A stretch of DNA of 64,000 bases from Sphagnum compactum (Eukaryota): assembly GCA_965153455.1 (NCBI GenBank), contig OZ234493.1:11212213-11276212 (forward strand), read 5' to 3'. How positions within the stretch are numbered: position 1 is the stretch's first letter; each line of letters opens with the position of its first letter. The translations under genes were made by a program, and so were the position numbers. Shown piece after piece: positions 1-13,879 of the stretch. Under the pieces are notes generated by a model. It was not told where the DNA came from and did no database searches. It was given only the letters and a program-made list of their open reading frames with translations.

Positions 1-2669
1 AGCCCCAAACTACAACAACATTATATATATGATGACACTAAGTAGCCATGATGACAAGATGCATCAGCCAAATTGACAGACTAGCTATTGTGTCCAATGA
101 ATAATATGAGTATGTACTTTGACTTTGTTACAACTATATTTAATAAACATATGTTTAAATTAAAAGTTTAAGTAGATTCATTGAAATACAAGCATATGTC
201 AAAACCTACAAAATCGATTGTGAATAAATGAAATATTAATTTTTAAAAAAATCAACTCAATGGCACATTAAAAATGTAGTCATAGACTTTCAACTTTTTC
301 ATATTATAATCAAAATATATTCAACTTTTAATGTAAAAATAAGTTTGAACACCATATTGATTACTTAGTTTCAAATGTATTTGTTACTTATTTTTAATAT
401 GTTCAAAATTTTCAAATTCTATATTCAACTTATCATGATTTTGCGTTGTCATAATGAGATTTAAAAAGGTTTTGAATTTTTTTTTGGTCTTTCCACTTAA
501 AATTGCCAAATTTAAAATTTTATTTTTGAACAAATTACTTTTGTTCCTTTTATTTTGCCATGTTTTCACATATTGAAATTTCCATGCATTAAAATTTAGC
601 CATTTCATCAATTATAATTCATGGATGACATTTTATGGATGTTCATTCATGGAATCTACATGAATTTTGATGAATGAAATCATCTTTGAATGAATGAAAT
701 AATATGGTCCAAACATTTTTCTAAGACCAATATTTTTTCTTGAAGAGTTCTTGAATTGAATTCATATGAGGAAGTTACATGAGCCCACAAAATAGTATGA
801 TTTGTAATTTGTAATTTTTGGGATTCACACTTGAAAGGTACAAAAATTCATGTCATTTTGATGTGATTTTATTCGCCATTTACAAAGTATATTATAGGAA
901 AGAAAGTGATGATTCTTCACAAGTTCAAATCATATGAACATGTGTATCTAGTATTTCAAATGTGCACCATTTTTGCACTAATTGTCATCTTTTTCAATTT
1001 GTGTAAATTGATTTCACTTTGCATTCAAATTTGTGAGCTCCTCCTTGTCCAATCTCGAAACTTTCACCTCCTTTTTTTTTTGTGGGAGTTAGGGATTGTT
1101 CTTTGAGTTTGCCCTCCATTACAAAAAAATTTGGTCACCATAGGATTAGAGACCTGCCACCCACGAGGGTGCGCACCACGAAGAATGGATGGTAAGCTCT
1201 AGTTCCCTAGCTAAGAATGGTGGTTAGTTGCACTGCATACATACTGGGAACCTGGACTTTGGACATGGTCCAGAGTCCAGGACCTGTATATTCAGGTAGG
1301 ATATGGTCCAGGAGAAGAAAATGGCTGCTTTTCATTGGCCGGTCATAAAGATTGGCCCAAGAGGCAGAGTTTTATTTTGTCAAGTATGTGGACTGGTGAT
1401 CATCCCCAGCCCATAATAATTGGCCTGAGTGGCAGGGTTATTACTTATTACCCTGTTTGGCAAGTTAGAACTCGAGGTTCTTATTCTAGACTTCCAGTTC
1501 ATAAAAACCAAACCCCATTTGGATCTGATTTTGGGGAACCCTATAACTAAAACCAAATTTGTATGAGCTAACTTGACATCCTGTAAATTCTCCTTTATTT
1601 ATTTATTTCTTATTCATTAGTACATTTTTCGAATCTACGGTGTGTTCATCAATACATTTTTGCACTATGATTAAAAAATTAAAATTATTTTTTGAAAATT
1701 TAAAGAAAGAGCCAGACCTGGAAACTGAATCCTGGTTCCAATTACATATATAAACCAAATCTGGAACCAATATTTTTTAATTTCTTTTGAGAAAAAAACA
1801 CTAAAACTAAGGGCTAACCAACAGTCAGACTGTTGTTCCCCATGACTCAGACTGAAATGGTAGTAATTTTGCCAAAATACACAGCAAAGTGGTAGTACCA
1901 TTGTTTATTTAGTGTTGTTAATTGTTCCAGTAGCCCCACCAATAAACGTGCAAAATTGAACAGTTTCAGATGAGAGACTAACACCCAACAAATATGGGGT
2001 ATGGGTGGTGGGCATGCTCTAAGTCGTACCTCATGTGGTGATAACACTTTACCAAGATTGTCAAATAAATTTTATATTATTCTTTCTCATACCGATGGTG
2101 CATCTTCCCATAGAAGGTGTTAAAAAAATGGGGATCGCAGTTTTATCTTATTCTTTGTAATACCTACCGATGGTACATCTTCCCATCGAAGGTGTTCAAA
2201 AAGTCGGATCGCAGTCTTGCCAAATTGATGAAAGTATTTTGATGTGTTTTTGGCCAGTTGGGTAACGGAGATGAAAGGCAACAGAAAGTGCTTAGTGCAA
2301 TGTCTTTTCTTCCCCTTGTAAGTCTTTTTCACAAGGATGTATAGGGAAGAATAGTGCCCAACAATACGACAATAGATGTGCAATAAATATGGGAATTGCA
2401 ATGAAATGTCCTCCCATACTTTAGTCAGTCCTCTTATCTTCTTGTTGAAAATGAGAGTTTTGTTAAGGGACCCACATTTTTATGGAACTTCTAAATTTCC
2501 ACATCCCTAAACCCTAAACCCTACTTTCCAAGGTCTGTGGTGACACTTTGTCAAGCACATTGAAAGCATGAACCTGTAAGGAAAAGGCATCTTCAGAACC
2601 AGCCTGCACGGCTCCCCTAGTGTTTCTGGGCACTACACTTACCCAATCTGACATGATATGTAATCCACT

Positions 2670-3005
2670 GCCACTATGACTTTCGTAAAAGTTCACTACA
2701 GTGTTCAAGTGTAAAAAATTATCACCATGGCATCAATAATAATTCACTAGTGTGCAATTGCTGAGTATGTATAAAGTCCGGTCACTATGACATCCGTAAA
2801 AAGTTCATTAACGAGCAATTGTCAAGTATGCCTACAACATTGTCACTATGACATTGACAAAAGTTCACTATTGTGTGCACATACCGATCATGCATGAGGT
2901 CCATCATGTTCACAAAAGTTCACTAAAGTATGCACATACCGATTATGCATGAGGTCAATGACATCGACAAAAAGTTCACTGTGTGTGTGTGATGCATGAG
3001 GTCAA
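2670..3005. repeat. Degenerate ~55-bp tandem repeat
   Basis: Recurring CACTATGAC...AAAAGTTCACTA and GCACATACCGAT.ATGCATGAGGTC motifs. Confidence 0.7.
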
Positions 3006-3099
3006 GTGGATGAGAAGACACAAGTCTAGTTTCAAAAAAAAGATGAATTATTAGCCATGAGAAACACTCTCATTGCTCCAGTAAAAGGCTGGAATCACA

Positions 3100-4450
3100 G
3101 CAGAAAGCCATAATCTTGAGCAAATTGTTGTAGGAGCAGCTTAATGGCATGATTTGAACAAAGTAAGTACTACTTTTGAACATGAATTCGGTGTTGTGGG
3201 ATGCAAGTTTGCAAGTTCTAAAACTGTGGTGTATTATCTCTATTGAATTGCTCAATTCAGAATCTCTACAGGACAAAGCTCAAGGTACAAAATTGCAAGC
3301 TCTAAAAAATTGCTGTGTATTGTCTCTGTTTTGCTTAATACCTGGAATCTCTAAAATCTGACTCTGAAGCTCAAGATACAAAAATTGCAAGATGTTTAAG
3401 AAATGTGGTGCATTATCTCTGTTGCTCAATGCAGTTTAATCTGTTGAGAGAACAATTTAACACAAGACACAAAGTTGCAGAATCTAAGAAATTGCAATGT
3501 TGTACCTGGGTTGCTCTATGCAGAATCTCTGAACTACAAAGCCCAACAAGATACAATGTACTAAGGTATCTAAGAAATGTGATCTATTATCTCTGTTGCT
3601 CAATGCAGAAACTCAATGAGCACCAGAGATTGTGGTGTATCTCATATGCAGAATCTCTTAAGGACATATGACAGCCCATCTTGAACATAATTTCTCTTCC
3701 AGCCAAAAATTTGGATCCTCAACATTGGAATCTCAAGCAGCTGCACAGTACTTGCAAGACAAGAGGAGCAGTAGTGACAAGAAGTCGAAGCTATTGAACC
3801 TTAGAAAGTGCAGAAATTTGCAATACATCTATATTGTGACCTTGCCACAAGCTTCAAGTAGCTGAACTATGTTACTATGGAAAAAGTTCAAAGATTGTTT
3901 TCTACAGCCTCAAATTCATGTTCATCTCCAAAGTCCATGACAAACTAGAAGATAATCTTAAGGACCAGGCAGCTCTTGCTGCTTGCAGAATTGAAAAGAC
4001 TTTAGCTCAGAGATTCACTTGAGCTGCAGATATATATCAGACATGAACAGTTCAGCAAATAGTCAATTTGAAGTTTTATTTAAGAGAAACTCAAGAAGCT
4101 CCACAAACAATAAACTGCAGAGCGGCTGCAACATAATTCCATACTGATCTTAGAACAATCTAGCTAGCTTGTGAAATGAAATAAATGATCTCATGAAAGA
4201 TCTTGACTGCAGACGCATTAATCCAAATGGCTTTGAAAACATCGTGCTTCAATAAGTGAGGTAGGGAATAACCGGTTGCCACACTGGGGTACAAAAACGA
4301 GAGCTGAAAATCTGGTCAATACTAGTCCAAGCTCCTGCAGATCCTCAACACATGTATGACAACAGCTTCTCTCAAGGCCAGGCTCAGGAGATCAATTTGG
4401 TCCCTTTGGTTGCTTTGGAAGTTGCAATCGACTTCGTGCAAATTTACCTC
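3100..4450 (+). pseudogene. Probable decayed leucine-rich-repeat (NLR/LRR-like) coding remnant
   Basis: Degenerate internal repeats and fragments LQVLKLWC, LQALKNC, KLLNLRKCRNLQYI and GNNRLPHW...ENLV...SC resemble LxxLxLxxC repeats. Many stops and frameshifts. Confidence 0.35.
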
Positions 4451-4639
4451 AAGTCTGCACTGTTCAAAATAGCAAGTGATTCAACCTATTGAGACACACA
4501 AATGGAACACAAAAGAATTTCTATTCTATTCTGACTTTCCCTGCAATTGCAGACACACCAACCACATGTATGTACAGGAGGTTCTAGATGATGATGAGCA
4601 GGAGTTTTTTTTCCCTTCTTCCGCAAAACCCAGGCAGTT

Positions 4640-5239
4640 CTAGATCACATCGAGGCTCAAGGGATGCTTCTCAGTGGAAGCAACAGGATGATGAGGCGGA
4701 GCAAACCCAATTCCATGTCTGGAATTGGTGCCAAAGGCACAGACGACCGACACCACCAAACCCACCAACAAGGGCACCGTCTTCTCAACGGAACTGGGAA
4801 GGTTAGGATAGAAGCAAGTGGTGACAGGAGCCGTCAAGAGCGAGAGTGTCAAAAGAGTGGCCACGGAAACAGCGGCGTTCACAAAATCAGTAAACCGTGG
4901 CTTGTATTTATTCTCCGGCTCGTCCAGAAAAAACCCGGAACTCAAACTCGCAATCTGCGTATACTTGAAATTGGGATTCCACAAACCTCTGCTGGTTACA
5001 AGTCCGTAGTACAAAGTGCCGTGGTCGGTTTTGTAGCTATCCGTGTAGCAGGTGAAGAAACACAAGGCGCTGAGGATGACGAGCGCCGCACTGGTCACCA
5101 CCTTCTCGGTCTTGTGGCAGTCGCCGTTGTTGGTGGCTAAGGGTGCCAACACTTGGAACACCAAGAAGGTGCCTGTGGGAAGCACATTTGACAAATGTGT
5201 GAGGATATCTGCCGTGGTCTTTGGAGTTTTATCGGCCAT
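4640..5239 (-). CDS. DMP: DUF679 domain membrane protein (DMP family), single exon, 199 aa
   Basis: Intact ATG-to-stop ORF with DMP hallmark motifs: LSNVLPTGTFLVFQ..P..TNNGDC, CYTDSY, YYGLVT.RGLW, FTDFVNA, CFYP and C-terminal RHGIGF. Several hydrophobic segments. Confidence 0.93.
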   Translation of the reverse strand: MADKTPKTTADILTHLSNVLPTGTFLVFQVLAPLATNNGDCHKTEKVVTSAALVILSALCFFTCYTDSYKTDHGTLYYGLVTSRGLWNPNFKYTQIASLSSGFFLDEPENKYKPRFTDFVNAAVSVATLLTLSLLTAPVTTCFYPNLPSSVEKTVPLLVGLVVSVVCAFGTNSRHGIGFAPPHHPVASTEKHPLSLDVI

Positions 5240-6024
5240 GGCCAGGCCGGGGAATTAATCAATAAGCTCTCCACTAGGATATATATATATATATATATCT
5301 ACTAGCTAAGCTACTCCAACCTTCAGCCCAATACCAACTAGTTCAAGGATACCAACTAGTTCAAGGATGCATGATCACTTGTGATCCTGGAACCCAGCTT
5401 GTTGTGATCATGTGTTGCAGATACCAAATCTATTGACAGAGTATTGAGATCAAAAGCTCTGCACTTCGACTGTCAAATCCTGCAGCTAGCTGCTTGTGAT
5501 CAGGGAAAAAAAAAACTCGAAAGGATTCAACGACTGTGACGGTCAGGTACTACTCTACTCTGAGAGCTTCTTTCTGTTTTCGGTTCTAAGCTCATCTCTC
5601 CCAAAAAAGAAAACAAACGTGGCCACTAGTTGAATTTCTTTCCCCCTGCTCATGCACCCATCAAGCTCTCAACTCCAGTTTAATCACTCCCTGTGCCTCC
5701 ACCTCCTGCAACAACCGGCTCCTTCAGATTGCAGATATCAAAGCTCTTGAGGAAGAAAACACAAACACAAAAACAAACAAACAAGCGACACAAGGTGTGA
5801 TGGCTTTGGCCACCACTTATGTACCACTCTTATGTTACCACCCATCTAGGACAGCCACCATTTAATTCTATTTAGTGCTGAGATTGCTCCCTATTGGACC
5901 TACTCCAGCAATTTGCAAAAAAAAGAAACCCTGTTTACAATGAATTAAAACTTTTATAAAATTCAAACTTTCTTGCTAAAGTTTTCAAAAACAAAAAAAA
6001 AGTTCATCTTGTTTCCCGAAACAG

Positions 6025-6245
6025 CTTGAACTTGTGTTCGAGATTCTTTTTTTCAAGGTTTTAAGTTCTAGTAAAACACTAGTTTCATAGTCTGATTCTT
6101 GAACTTGTGTACAAGACTTGTTCTTCAAGGTTTTAAATCTAGTAAAACACTAGTTTCATAGTCTGATACTTGAACTTGTGTACTTAAGACTTGTTCTTCA
6201 AGGTTTTAATTCTAGGAAAAACCAGTTTCATAGTCGGATTCTTGT
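6025..6245. repeat. ~70-bp tandem repeat, 3 copies
   Basis: CTTGAACTTGTGT..AGA.T..TTCTTCAAGGTTTTAA.TCTAGTAAAACACTAGTTTCATAGTCTGAT repeated three times upstream of the DMP gene. Confidence 0.9.
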
Positions 6246-6954
6246 GTTGGTTCCATCAATCAAAAGACTGTCACTTTTAAGTCTAGGTCCCAGGAACTTC
6301 AACTACTGTACTTAACATTCCAAAAGAGGAAACCTCATAGCACTCGTTCAAACTAACAACTGTTAAATAACAAATGTTCCCTGAAGTTCCCAAACTAATA
6401 ATGAACTCCGAGAGCCCAGCCCAATTTTCTTTTTTTTTGGGTTAAATTTGTTTTTTGTTCCTGCAAAACTTCACAGTTGTTCCATTGAGTGACCAACATT
6501 TTTTTCTTTTTGCAATTTTCTGATGTAGCACCCTTAATTAGCATCAAAACAAAGATTTAGCATTGCGTAGCAACATGTTTTTTGAAAACTGTCCATATAG
6601 TAAGAAAATGATGAAATTTTGTCTTCAAATTAAAAACTTAAGTAACATGTGATGAAATTTTTCACAAAATTCTTTTTTGTCAAGAATTTGGCTAATTTTC
6701 CATAAAAAAAAACAGAGGTAATTTATGATAGAATATTCATTAAAAAATTTTGAGCTCTAAATATTTCGAAAAATCACCCCAAGAAAATCATTGGTTGGAG
6801 CTCAAAAATGAAACAGGAAAAGTTTGTTGGGAAGAAATACCCTGTTTTAAAACCAAAAAATAGCCCCCAAAATTTTCAACAAAAAAAGCTATTTTTGGAG
6901 AAAATTTCAGCACTTTTCAACACAGTTTTTAAGTTCTGGGGCAACTTAGTACAA

Positions 6955-7725
6955 CTAGTGTGAACCCGGTGCATAATGCACCCGTCGAGCTCCCCCCCCG
7001 CCCGGTCCTTCCCATTACCCACTCCGGTTCTTTACCCCGTCAACCCCCCCTCCTTCGCATTTTCCACTCCAATTCTTTAACCCGTTGATCCCCCCCCGTT
7101 CCCCTGTTATATATAATTAACTTCTCGCCCCGTGCTGGCCCCCCCTGCTCGTGCTGGCCCCCCCCTCGCCCCGTCACCTGTCACCCGCTGCTTCACCGAC
7201 CTCTCCCTCCCCCACCCCCCAAAACCCCCGTCACAGACAGACGGACTGTCTGAATTAATATATACGAGTGTTGTGACCCGTGGCTACGCCACTCCAGCCA
7301 CCCGTGGCACCTCGCCCGACCCCCCGCAGCGGCTGCCCTGGCTGCTGTTTTTTTTGGCCTCTCTGAGGACCTCGCTTCAGGACCCTAACGACGGGTTTTC
7401 TCTCTGAGGACCTCGTTTCAGGTCCCCAACGACGGGTTTTCTTTCTGGGAACCTCGTTTCAAGTCCGTCTCGAGGTCTGGACCGGGTACTGAGAATCTCG
7501 ATTCAGGTCCTTTACCGAGGATTCTGGCCACCTCGGTTCAGGTCCTCGAAGGTTTTGAGGACCTCGTCTTGTTTTTCTTCTTCTTCTTGGGGATGTGGTT
7601 TAGGGGTTTAAGGCAGACAGACGAACAGACGGGATCTGGGTTTCAAGACCTCGATAGACGGACAGACGAGATCTGGGTTTCAAGACCTCGACAGACAGAC
7701 ACCACGTTTGCTTTTATATATAAGA
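6955..7725 (-). mobile_element. Non-autonomous composite Helitron
   Basis: The minus strand begins A|TCTTATATATAAAAGC (7725) and ends with hairpin CGGGTGCA-TTA-TGCACCG followed shortly by CTAG|T (6955). Inserted in an AT target with no TSD. GC/CpG-rich against AT-rich flanks. Confidence 0.85.
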
Positions 7726-8181
7726 TGATGTAAGAGCTAGACCTACAAGCACACCAAGAAGGATGGATGATAAGGGGTGAGGAAACGGTTTTCTGTTGGG
7801 TTACAGTTCCCGAGCTAACCATGGTGGTTAGCTCAGTTTCTCTTTTGTACTACCTACCTACTAACAACCCACAAGCAGGTTGTTAATAGGTAGGTAGTCA
7901 AAACGGCTCTTACCTATGTATAAACCATCTAGTTACCTAGTACTCACCTATTTTCCTACCTATCTACCTATATATGAGACCTATTTCTTACAAGATTGGT
8001 TACTGAGGTGAAACCAAAATAGTAACTCAGTTGAAGTTCATCCACAACTGAGTTAATAATGGACATCCAGTGGATGGTGCTATGGCGAGGCTAAATACCC
8101 CCCGCCCCCCTGCATGCATGGTTCTGCATGTTCTTTTCATAAAGCCACTCCATTGGTTTGGATTTGCGCACATTGTGCACA

Positions 8182-8554
8182 TGTTGTGATCCAAACAATA
8201 TACATGAATAATTGTTTGCCAAGTTGCTCCCCTCTTTTTCTTTGCATGTCTTGAAATCTACTTTGCATTTTACCTAACATAAAGCAAGCACTCCAAGATT
8301 TTTTTTGCTTTCTATTGGGAAGGACCTTCTTGGTTCTGGGAAGATGCTTTCCTCAATCCAAGTGAAAGTATCTTTCAAAGCCACTCACATGCAAACCTTC
8401 CACCATTGACATAATAACCCTTTCATAATTTATCCTAGGAAAGGCCTGCTCCTAATTTTCAGGCCTTCCTACGCCCTCTAGCTACCACCCTTGTGACCCT
8501 CCAATTAGGGTAGGCCCTTGGGTGCAGGCCTTCCTATACTAATTCCTCCTAACA
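8182..8554. mobile_element. Possible solo-LTR-like remnant
   Basis: TGTTG...AACA termini around ~370 bp of non-coding sequence. No TSD, PBS or partner LTR found. Confidence 0.25.
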
Positions 8555-11500
8555 ACAATGAAAGAAATGTTGGACCTTGTGCAAAAGCTTCTAAATCCTT
8601 TCGAAACTTATAATATTTTAAACCAAGAAGTTAAAACGAGTGTTGGCCAATTTTTTAAAAAATAACTGTCAAATAGTTTTTTTTTTAATTTTTGGGGGAA
8701 CACACAGTTTATCAATATTTTAAAAATTAGGTAATAACCATCCATTATGCATAAGGGTAGGTCAACAGATAACCATTTGTGGAACCACTGATTTGACACA
8801 CCAGTTATACACTGGTTATAGGGTTTTTTTTAATTAAAAATTTTAAAATATATATTTTCGTTAATTTTTGTATTAATGTTCAAAGATTGATACCCTATCT
8901 AGATGATAATCTGACATCCAAGTAGGTTATTATTTTTTGAAAACTCAATATCAGAAAATTATCAATTTAATTGGTTATAAAAAATTCAAAAACCAATTGA
9001 TAGGTTATTAATAATCAAGTTGATACCTCTATTGGTAACTGACTTTTTTTTTTTTTTTCAATAACGGGCCAACATTGGTCCAAACATGAAAATAAGGTGA
9101 TATCTAATATGGATCACTTACATGTCACATTTAAGCACACATGGGAACATTTTTTAAAACCGGTTTTTGACAAAGTATGAATGACCACTGTTGTTGGGTG
9201 AGTATCACAAGACATGTGAGAATTGGCCAAGGTTTTAGGCCAGTTCTCATTGTATATGGGCAATTTTCACCGCAAACATGTTGTGAACTGATATTCTGGG
9301 TAGAACGAATAGAGGGGAGCTCACGATAACATGATTTTCAGCTACATTGGGCTTTACTAGAATTGATCGACAGTGTATGATTTATATAATTGAGCCTACA
9401 AAATGCATGCGTGTGTGTATTATATTGGAGAGTAACTTAGAAGTCTAGCTGCTTGATCTCAAGAAGCTTGCACTGAAATGCATGTACTTCATGGTTCAAG
9501 GATTTAAAGGACTTTAGGCTCAGAGGTTGAAAGTAGGACCCATAAACATGTTTACACCTTGTTTCTGTTCAATGTGTCCATTTAATAATAAATTTGGTAA
9601 ACGAAATTCAGTAAAATATGCATTAACTAAATCAAAATGGCTACAATTATGGCATTGTTTTCACTATAAATTGTTTGTAATACTTATATATGGGGACCTA
9701 TGTTCATCATCCATGAACTAGGGTGAACCTTAATAAATTGATAGGTAAGATTGAGGAGGGGGTGGGGTGAAAAAAATGAGTAAATAGTTAATTAGGTATT
9801 TGGCTATGTAAAACGTATAGATATATAGGTAGTTTGGTAAATAGGCAAGTTAGTACATAAGAAACAAGTTACCTTATCAAAGTGACTAGGTTTATAAAAT
9901 ATTTATGTCAATAAGGTGGTTGTGTATGTAGGGTAGCTAGGTCAGTAGGGTAGGTAGTTAGTACAATGGTTAAGTTAGTAGGGTATGTAATTAATAGGGT
10001 AGCTGGGCTAGTAGGGTAGGTGGTTAGTACAGTAGCTAAGTCAATAGGATAACTAATTATTAGGGTAATTATGTCAGTAAGGGATAATAAATAAGGTACT
10101 AAGGTTAGTGCAGTACTTATCAGGGTAGGAAAATGAGGAGGGTAGCTATGTGTGAAGTCAGGTCCACAGGAAAAACTGCCAAAAACCAAAAATAAAATAA
10201 AATAAAATACAGTGATTAGCAGCAAAAAGAAATGGACTTTGATGAACCCCATCTGGCATCAAATGAAAAAACGCAACCCATCCAGTGGACAAAATGGCCA
10301 ACTGGTGCATTAGTGGCTGCTGGTTCATTTTAGCCCCTGGACCTTGGGGTTCCATCCTTGGTTCACAAGATGTAATTGTCCCGTTGCAAAAAAAATTATC
10401 CTACACTAACTTTTAACCGTGTTCCACCTTCAATTCAAAGATATCAATTAACTCATTTCTTTCTTTTGACCACTTAAACACATAATACATTCTTGTTCAA
10501 TTGACCAAATTCATGAAGAGTTTTGCAATGTGTATAGATTTGTTACAGTGGGGCGATTGTTAGAAACAAGGACATGCCATTGGCAATTCTATATTAAACT
10601 AGCATATACCAGTGTTGGGTGGTTCTCATTTTTTCGTGAGATCTGCCAAATCTGGTTTTCACAACCATTTTAAACAACCTTTAAGGTTCTCAAAAAATAT
10701 ATATTTGAGATAACCTTTAAGGGTTTCAAACCTTTGGGAAGAAGATATCCAACAAGTTCTCGGTTATCATGAAAATTACAACCCCTAGTTTTTAGGAATG
10801 GTTCTCACAAGCCAATTTTCACCCAAAAAATTGAAAAAAAATCAGAATAAAAACTTTAAATATTTTAATTCAAAGTGCAAGTTCAATAAAAATTATAAAA
10901 GTCAAAATTATTTCCAAAACGTGAGAAAAATGCAAAAAATATTTTTTTAATTTCAAACTTGCTAACTCTCCTTTTAATTGTTCATCTATTTCAATAAACT
11001 TTGCTGAATCACAAGGAGATTCACAACCAACTCTTGCACCAGTAGGCCAACATTTGTTGTCAAAAATAAATTTCTCTAAGTTTTCTTATTATAAATGACA
11101 TATTCTAAGGTTGGTGAATATGCTAGTTAAAGAAAAATCCTTCTTGTCTCCAACGATTTTTAATATTTGTTGAACAAGAAAACCAATAGTGGGCAACATG
11201 AATTCATGCTTCTACTACCATTGGAGAAGGCACTTGATCTCCAAAGGATTCACATGAAATCTCTTAAATATCAATAGTTCTATGTTGACTAGTTTTTTGA
11301 CTAGTTCACTTGTGCTGGCAATCATCTCAAAAATATCCAAGCTACAATCTTCATCAGCTTTGTTATTTAAACAATTTATCATAAGATGTAAATGATGATA
11401 ACCCTTCAAAAGCATAGGCCGCAAGAACATTTTGTCATTTTTTCAATCATGGAAATGCCTTGCTCATGACCAACAAATGAAGATACTAAACAAAGACTTT

Positions 11501-12458
11501 TTAAATCATGGAACTAACATCAACAAAAGCATATTATGGGTTTTTTCTTTCTTCATATCATTTTAGACATGAAAGGAAATAATCAAGCACACCACAAACT
11601 TCCTTTTTAATGTTAGAGGCAAGCAAAGACAATTCAAGAATAACTACAAAATCATCATCCATAAATTAGTCTAGGGTTTGTGCAATTCCAACTTCTTCCT
11701 TTAATTTGGAACTCATTATGATAGCATTGTTTAAGGCATCACTAAACAACCAATGACCTTTGGACTAGTTTAGAACACAAGTATTAACAATTATAGACAA
11801 GCAATCAAGAATTGTTTGATAAATGACATTGTGCCAAGTGTTGATAGGGGGAACTCGGCCAAAAACACAAACAATAAATTGTGAAGTGTAATATAATACA
11901 ATAGCCTATTGAAATAATAAGGCCTTGTAGAATAAAATTACTTTGCTTGCAAACCTACACAATATTTTACAAACTATTAATATTCTACAAAAAAAATAGA
12001 TTGCAAACTTACAAATTAGCAAACTAATTCTGAAATATATTTTTTTAAAATATAATTTTAAAAATATCTTGTTTTACAGGAATGTTTAACTTTCTTGGAC
12101 AATATTCCAAAATCAATGCAAGCCTTATTCCATCCCTATCTGCCTTTTCCAAAAAACTTTTGCCAAGTATGGAAGCATATCTTAAGTTTTTGCAAACTTT
12201 TTTTTTGGTTGTCCCATATTGGCATGCTTTATAAAATAAATGGCCAAAGCAACTACCTTGGAAACTCTCCTCCATACCAAGAACTTCACAATCCACTATA
12301 AATTTTAGAATTACCGTCATGGCATTCAAATTTGCACCTTCATCCTTCACATATGTAGTAGTTTTCTTCCTTAAATCATATTGATCCAACAATTCAATTA
12401 AGTTTCTTGCCAAAACCTAACTTGTGGTTTCACTTGCCTCAATAAATCCTATTGTAAT

Positions 12459-13217
12459 GGGCATATTCATAGTCAGGGTACCAAAAAGGACAATTTAATG
12501 AAAAAAGACTTCAAAGGACTATTTTAAGTTTTTATTGCATTTATTATTTCATGGTTATAATAGATTAGTGTATGAATATACTAAAATGATGTCATGTTAA
12601 TTTAGTAAAAATTTATAAGAATAAATTAGATACAATATAGATGTCCTTTTAAATAATTTGAGTCCTTGTTTTAACTATAATTACATCTTAAAAGAATCAA
12701 AAGGAATGTATTAAACAATGTAATCAACTTCAATTTTCTTTCATGGAAAAGAAAATTTTCATACATCTATAACTGGTAATGTTCATATAATGCATTTGAT
12801 TAATTAATATATGATACAAGAATTTTGAAAGCTATAGAATCCACTCAAAAGGGTTGCAAGGAAAATGATTATTTTTTTTTGCCATTTGGTTGTTGTTTTG
12901 TATTCATTAAGCTTAGAATCTGAGGCCCCAAGTATTAACAACATGTGTAAGAAATTTTCATGCAAGAAAAGATGTAAAATTATTTATAAAAACTTATGTA
13001 TCCATTTTCTACATTTCTGGTTTTTTACCAAAAATATGTATGCATAACTACATACGCATGTGAAAAGCCACCACCACCATGCAAATTATCATGATTTGAA
13101 TTATCCAATATTTTTCACTCAAATTTGTTCCATATAAATTCTATGTTTGGAAGATAGCAAAAGCAAAATCGTAGAGTCATGTGTCCAAAAAGGGGCACCA
13201 TAACCGTGAATATATTA
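12459..13217. mobile_element. Old MITE with degenerate TIRs (possibly PIF/Harbinger-like)
   Basis: Starts GGGCATATTCATAGTCAGGGTACC; imperfect inverted match GGCACCATAACCGTGAATATAT near 13194-13215. AT-rich, non-coding interior. TSD not clear. Confidence 0.4.
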
Positions 13218-13879
13218 GTAAATGATTTTTGAAGTTTTCAATTGCAAAATTTGAAGGGAATAATTAGTAAATGATAAAGTGTGTAGCCAAAAACCTAAAG
13301 GGATGATTAAATTTTTATACTTCATATCTGGTTTATAGCCAGATTTGGCTAAATTTCCTAGCGAGGATTGTCACTTTTTCTGCATCTTCCTATGGATGGA
13401 TGACAGCCACTTTGGGTACAAGCAAAAATTCCATAAAAAACAACATTGGTAGGAACACGGAAGTACAAATAATGGGTGAGTGGGAGGTCATGGAAACCTA
13501 CCCCTTATCTTCTCCTTAATTAAATTAGTAATTAAACAAGATTTTCAAACATACTCAATCTCGCACTTTATTAAAGTGAACTTAGGATCCTTAGTTGGAA
13601 GGTTCTAAGTTCAAGTTCACATAATTAATTTAAAAACTTATTTTTCTTCACCAACCTCCTTTCTCCACAACTTCTACTTGTCCAAAAGGAAGTTTACATA
13701 ATTAAAAAAATTCATAAAATTAGTCCAAGTTTCATCCTGTATCTCCCTCTTATCCCTAGTCTTATACCTAGTAAATGGTTATTCATAAAGTACGAGAAAC
13801 TATGAACCAAAACTTGAAATAAGGAGTTAGATTTAAAAGTTGATGGGTAACAAAACATGGGATAAACTTAAGTTAAAAC

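Noticed and set aside
2505-2523. CCCTAAA telomere-like units (also near 62795-62818)
   Set aside because: Only 2-3 imperfect units. These are common interstitial motifs, not a telomere or fusion scar.
4588-5258. Plus-strand ORFs (up to 158 aa) opposite the DMP gene
   Set aside because: Antisense shadows of the DMP CDS, with no recognisable domain.
9908-10252. 114-aa ORF with T-Y-P-T repeats
   Set aside because: It arises from TAGG/CCTA-rich dispersed repeat DNA, similar to tracts near 7850-7980 and 34370-34420. Not a gene.
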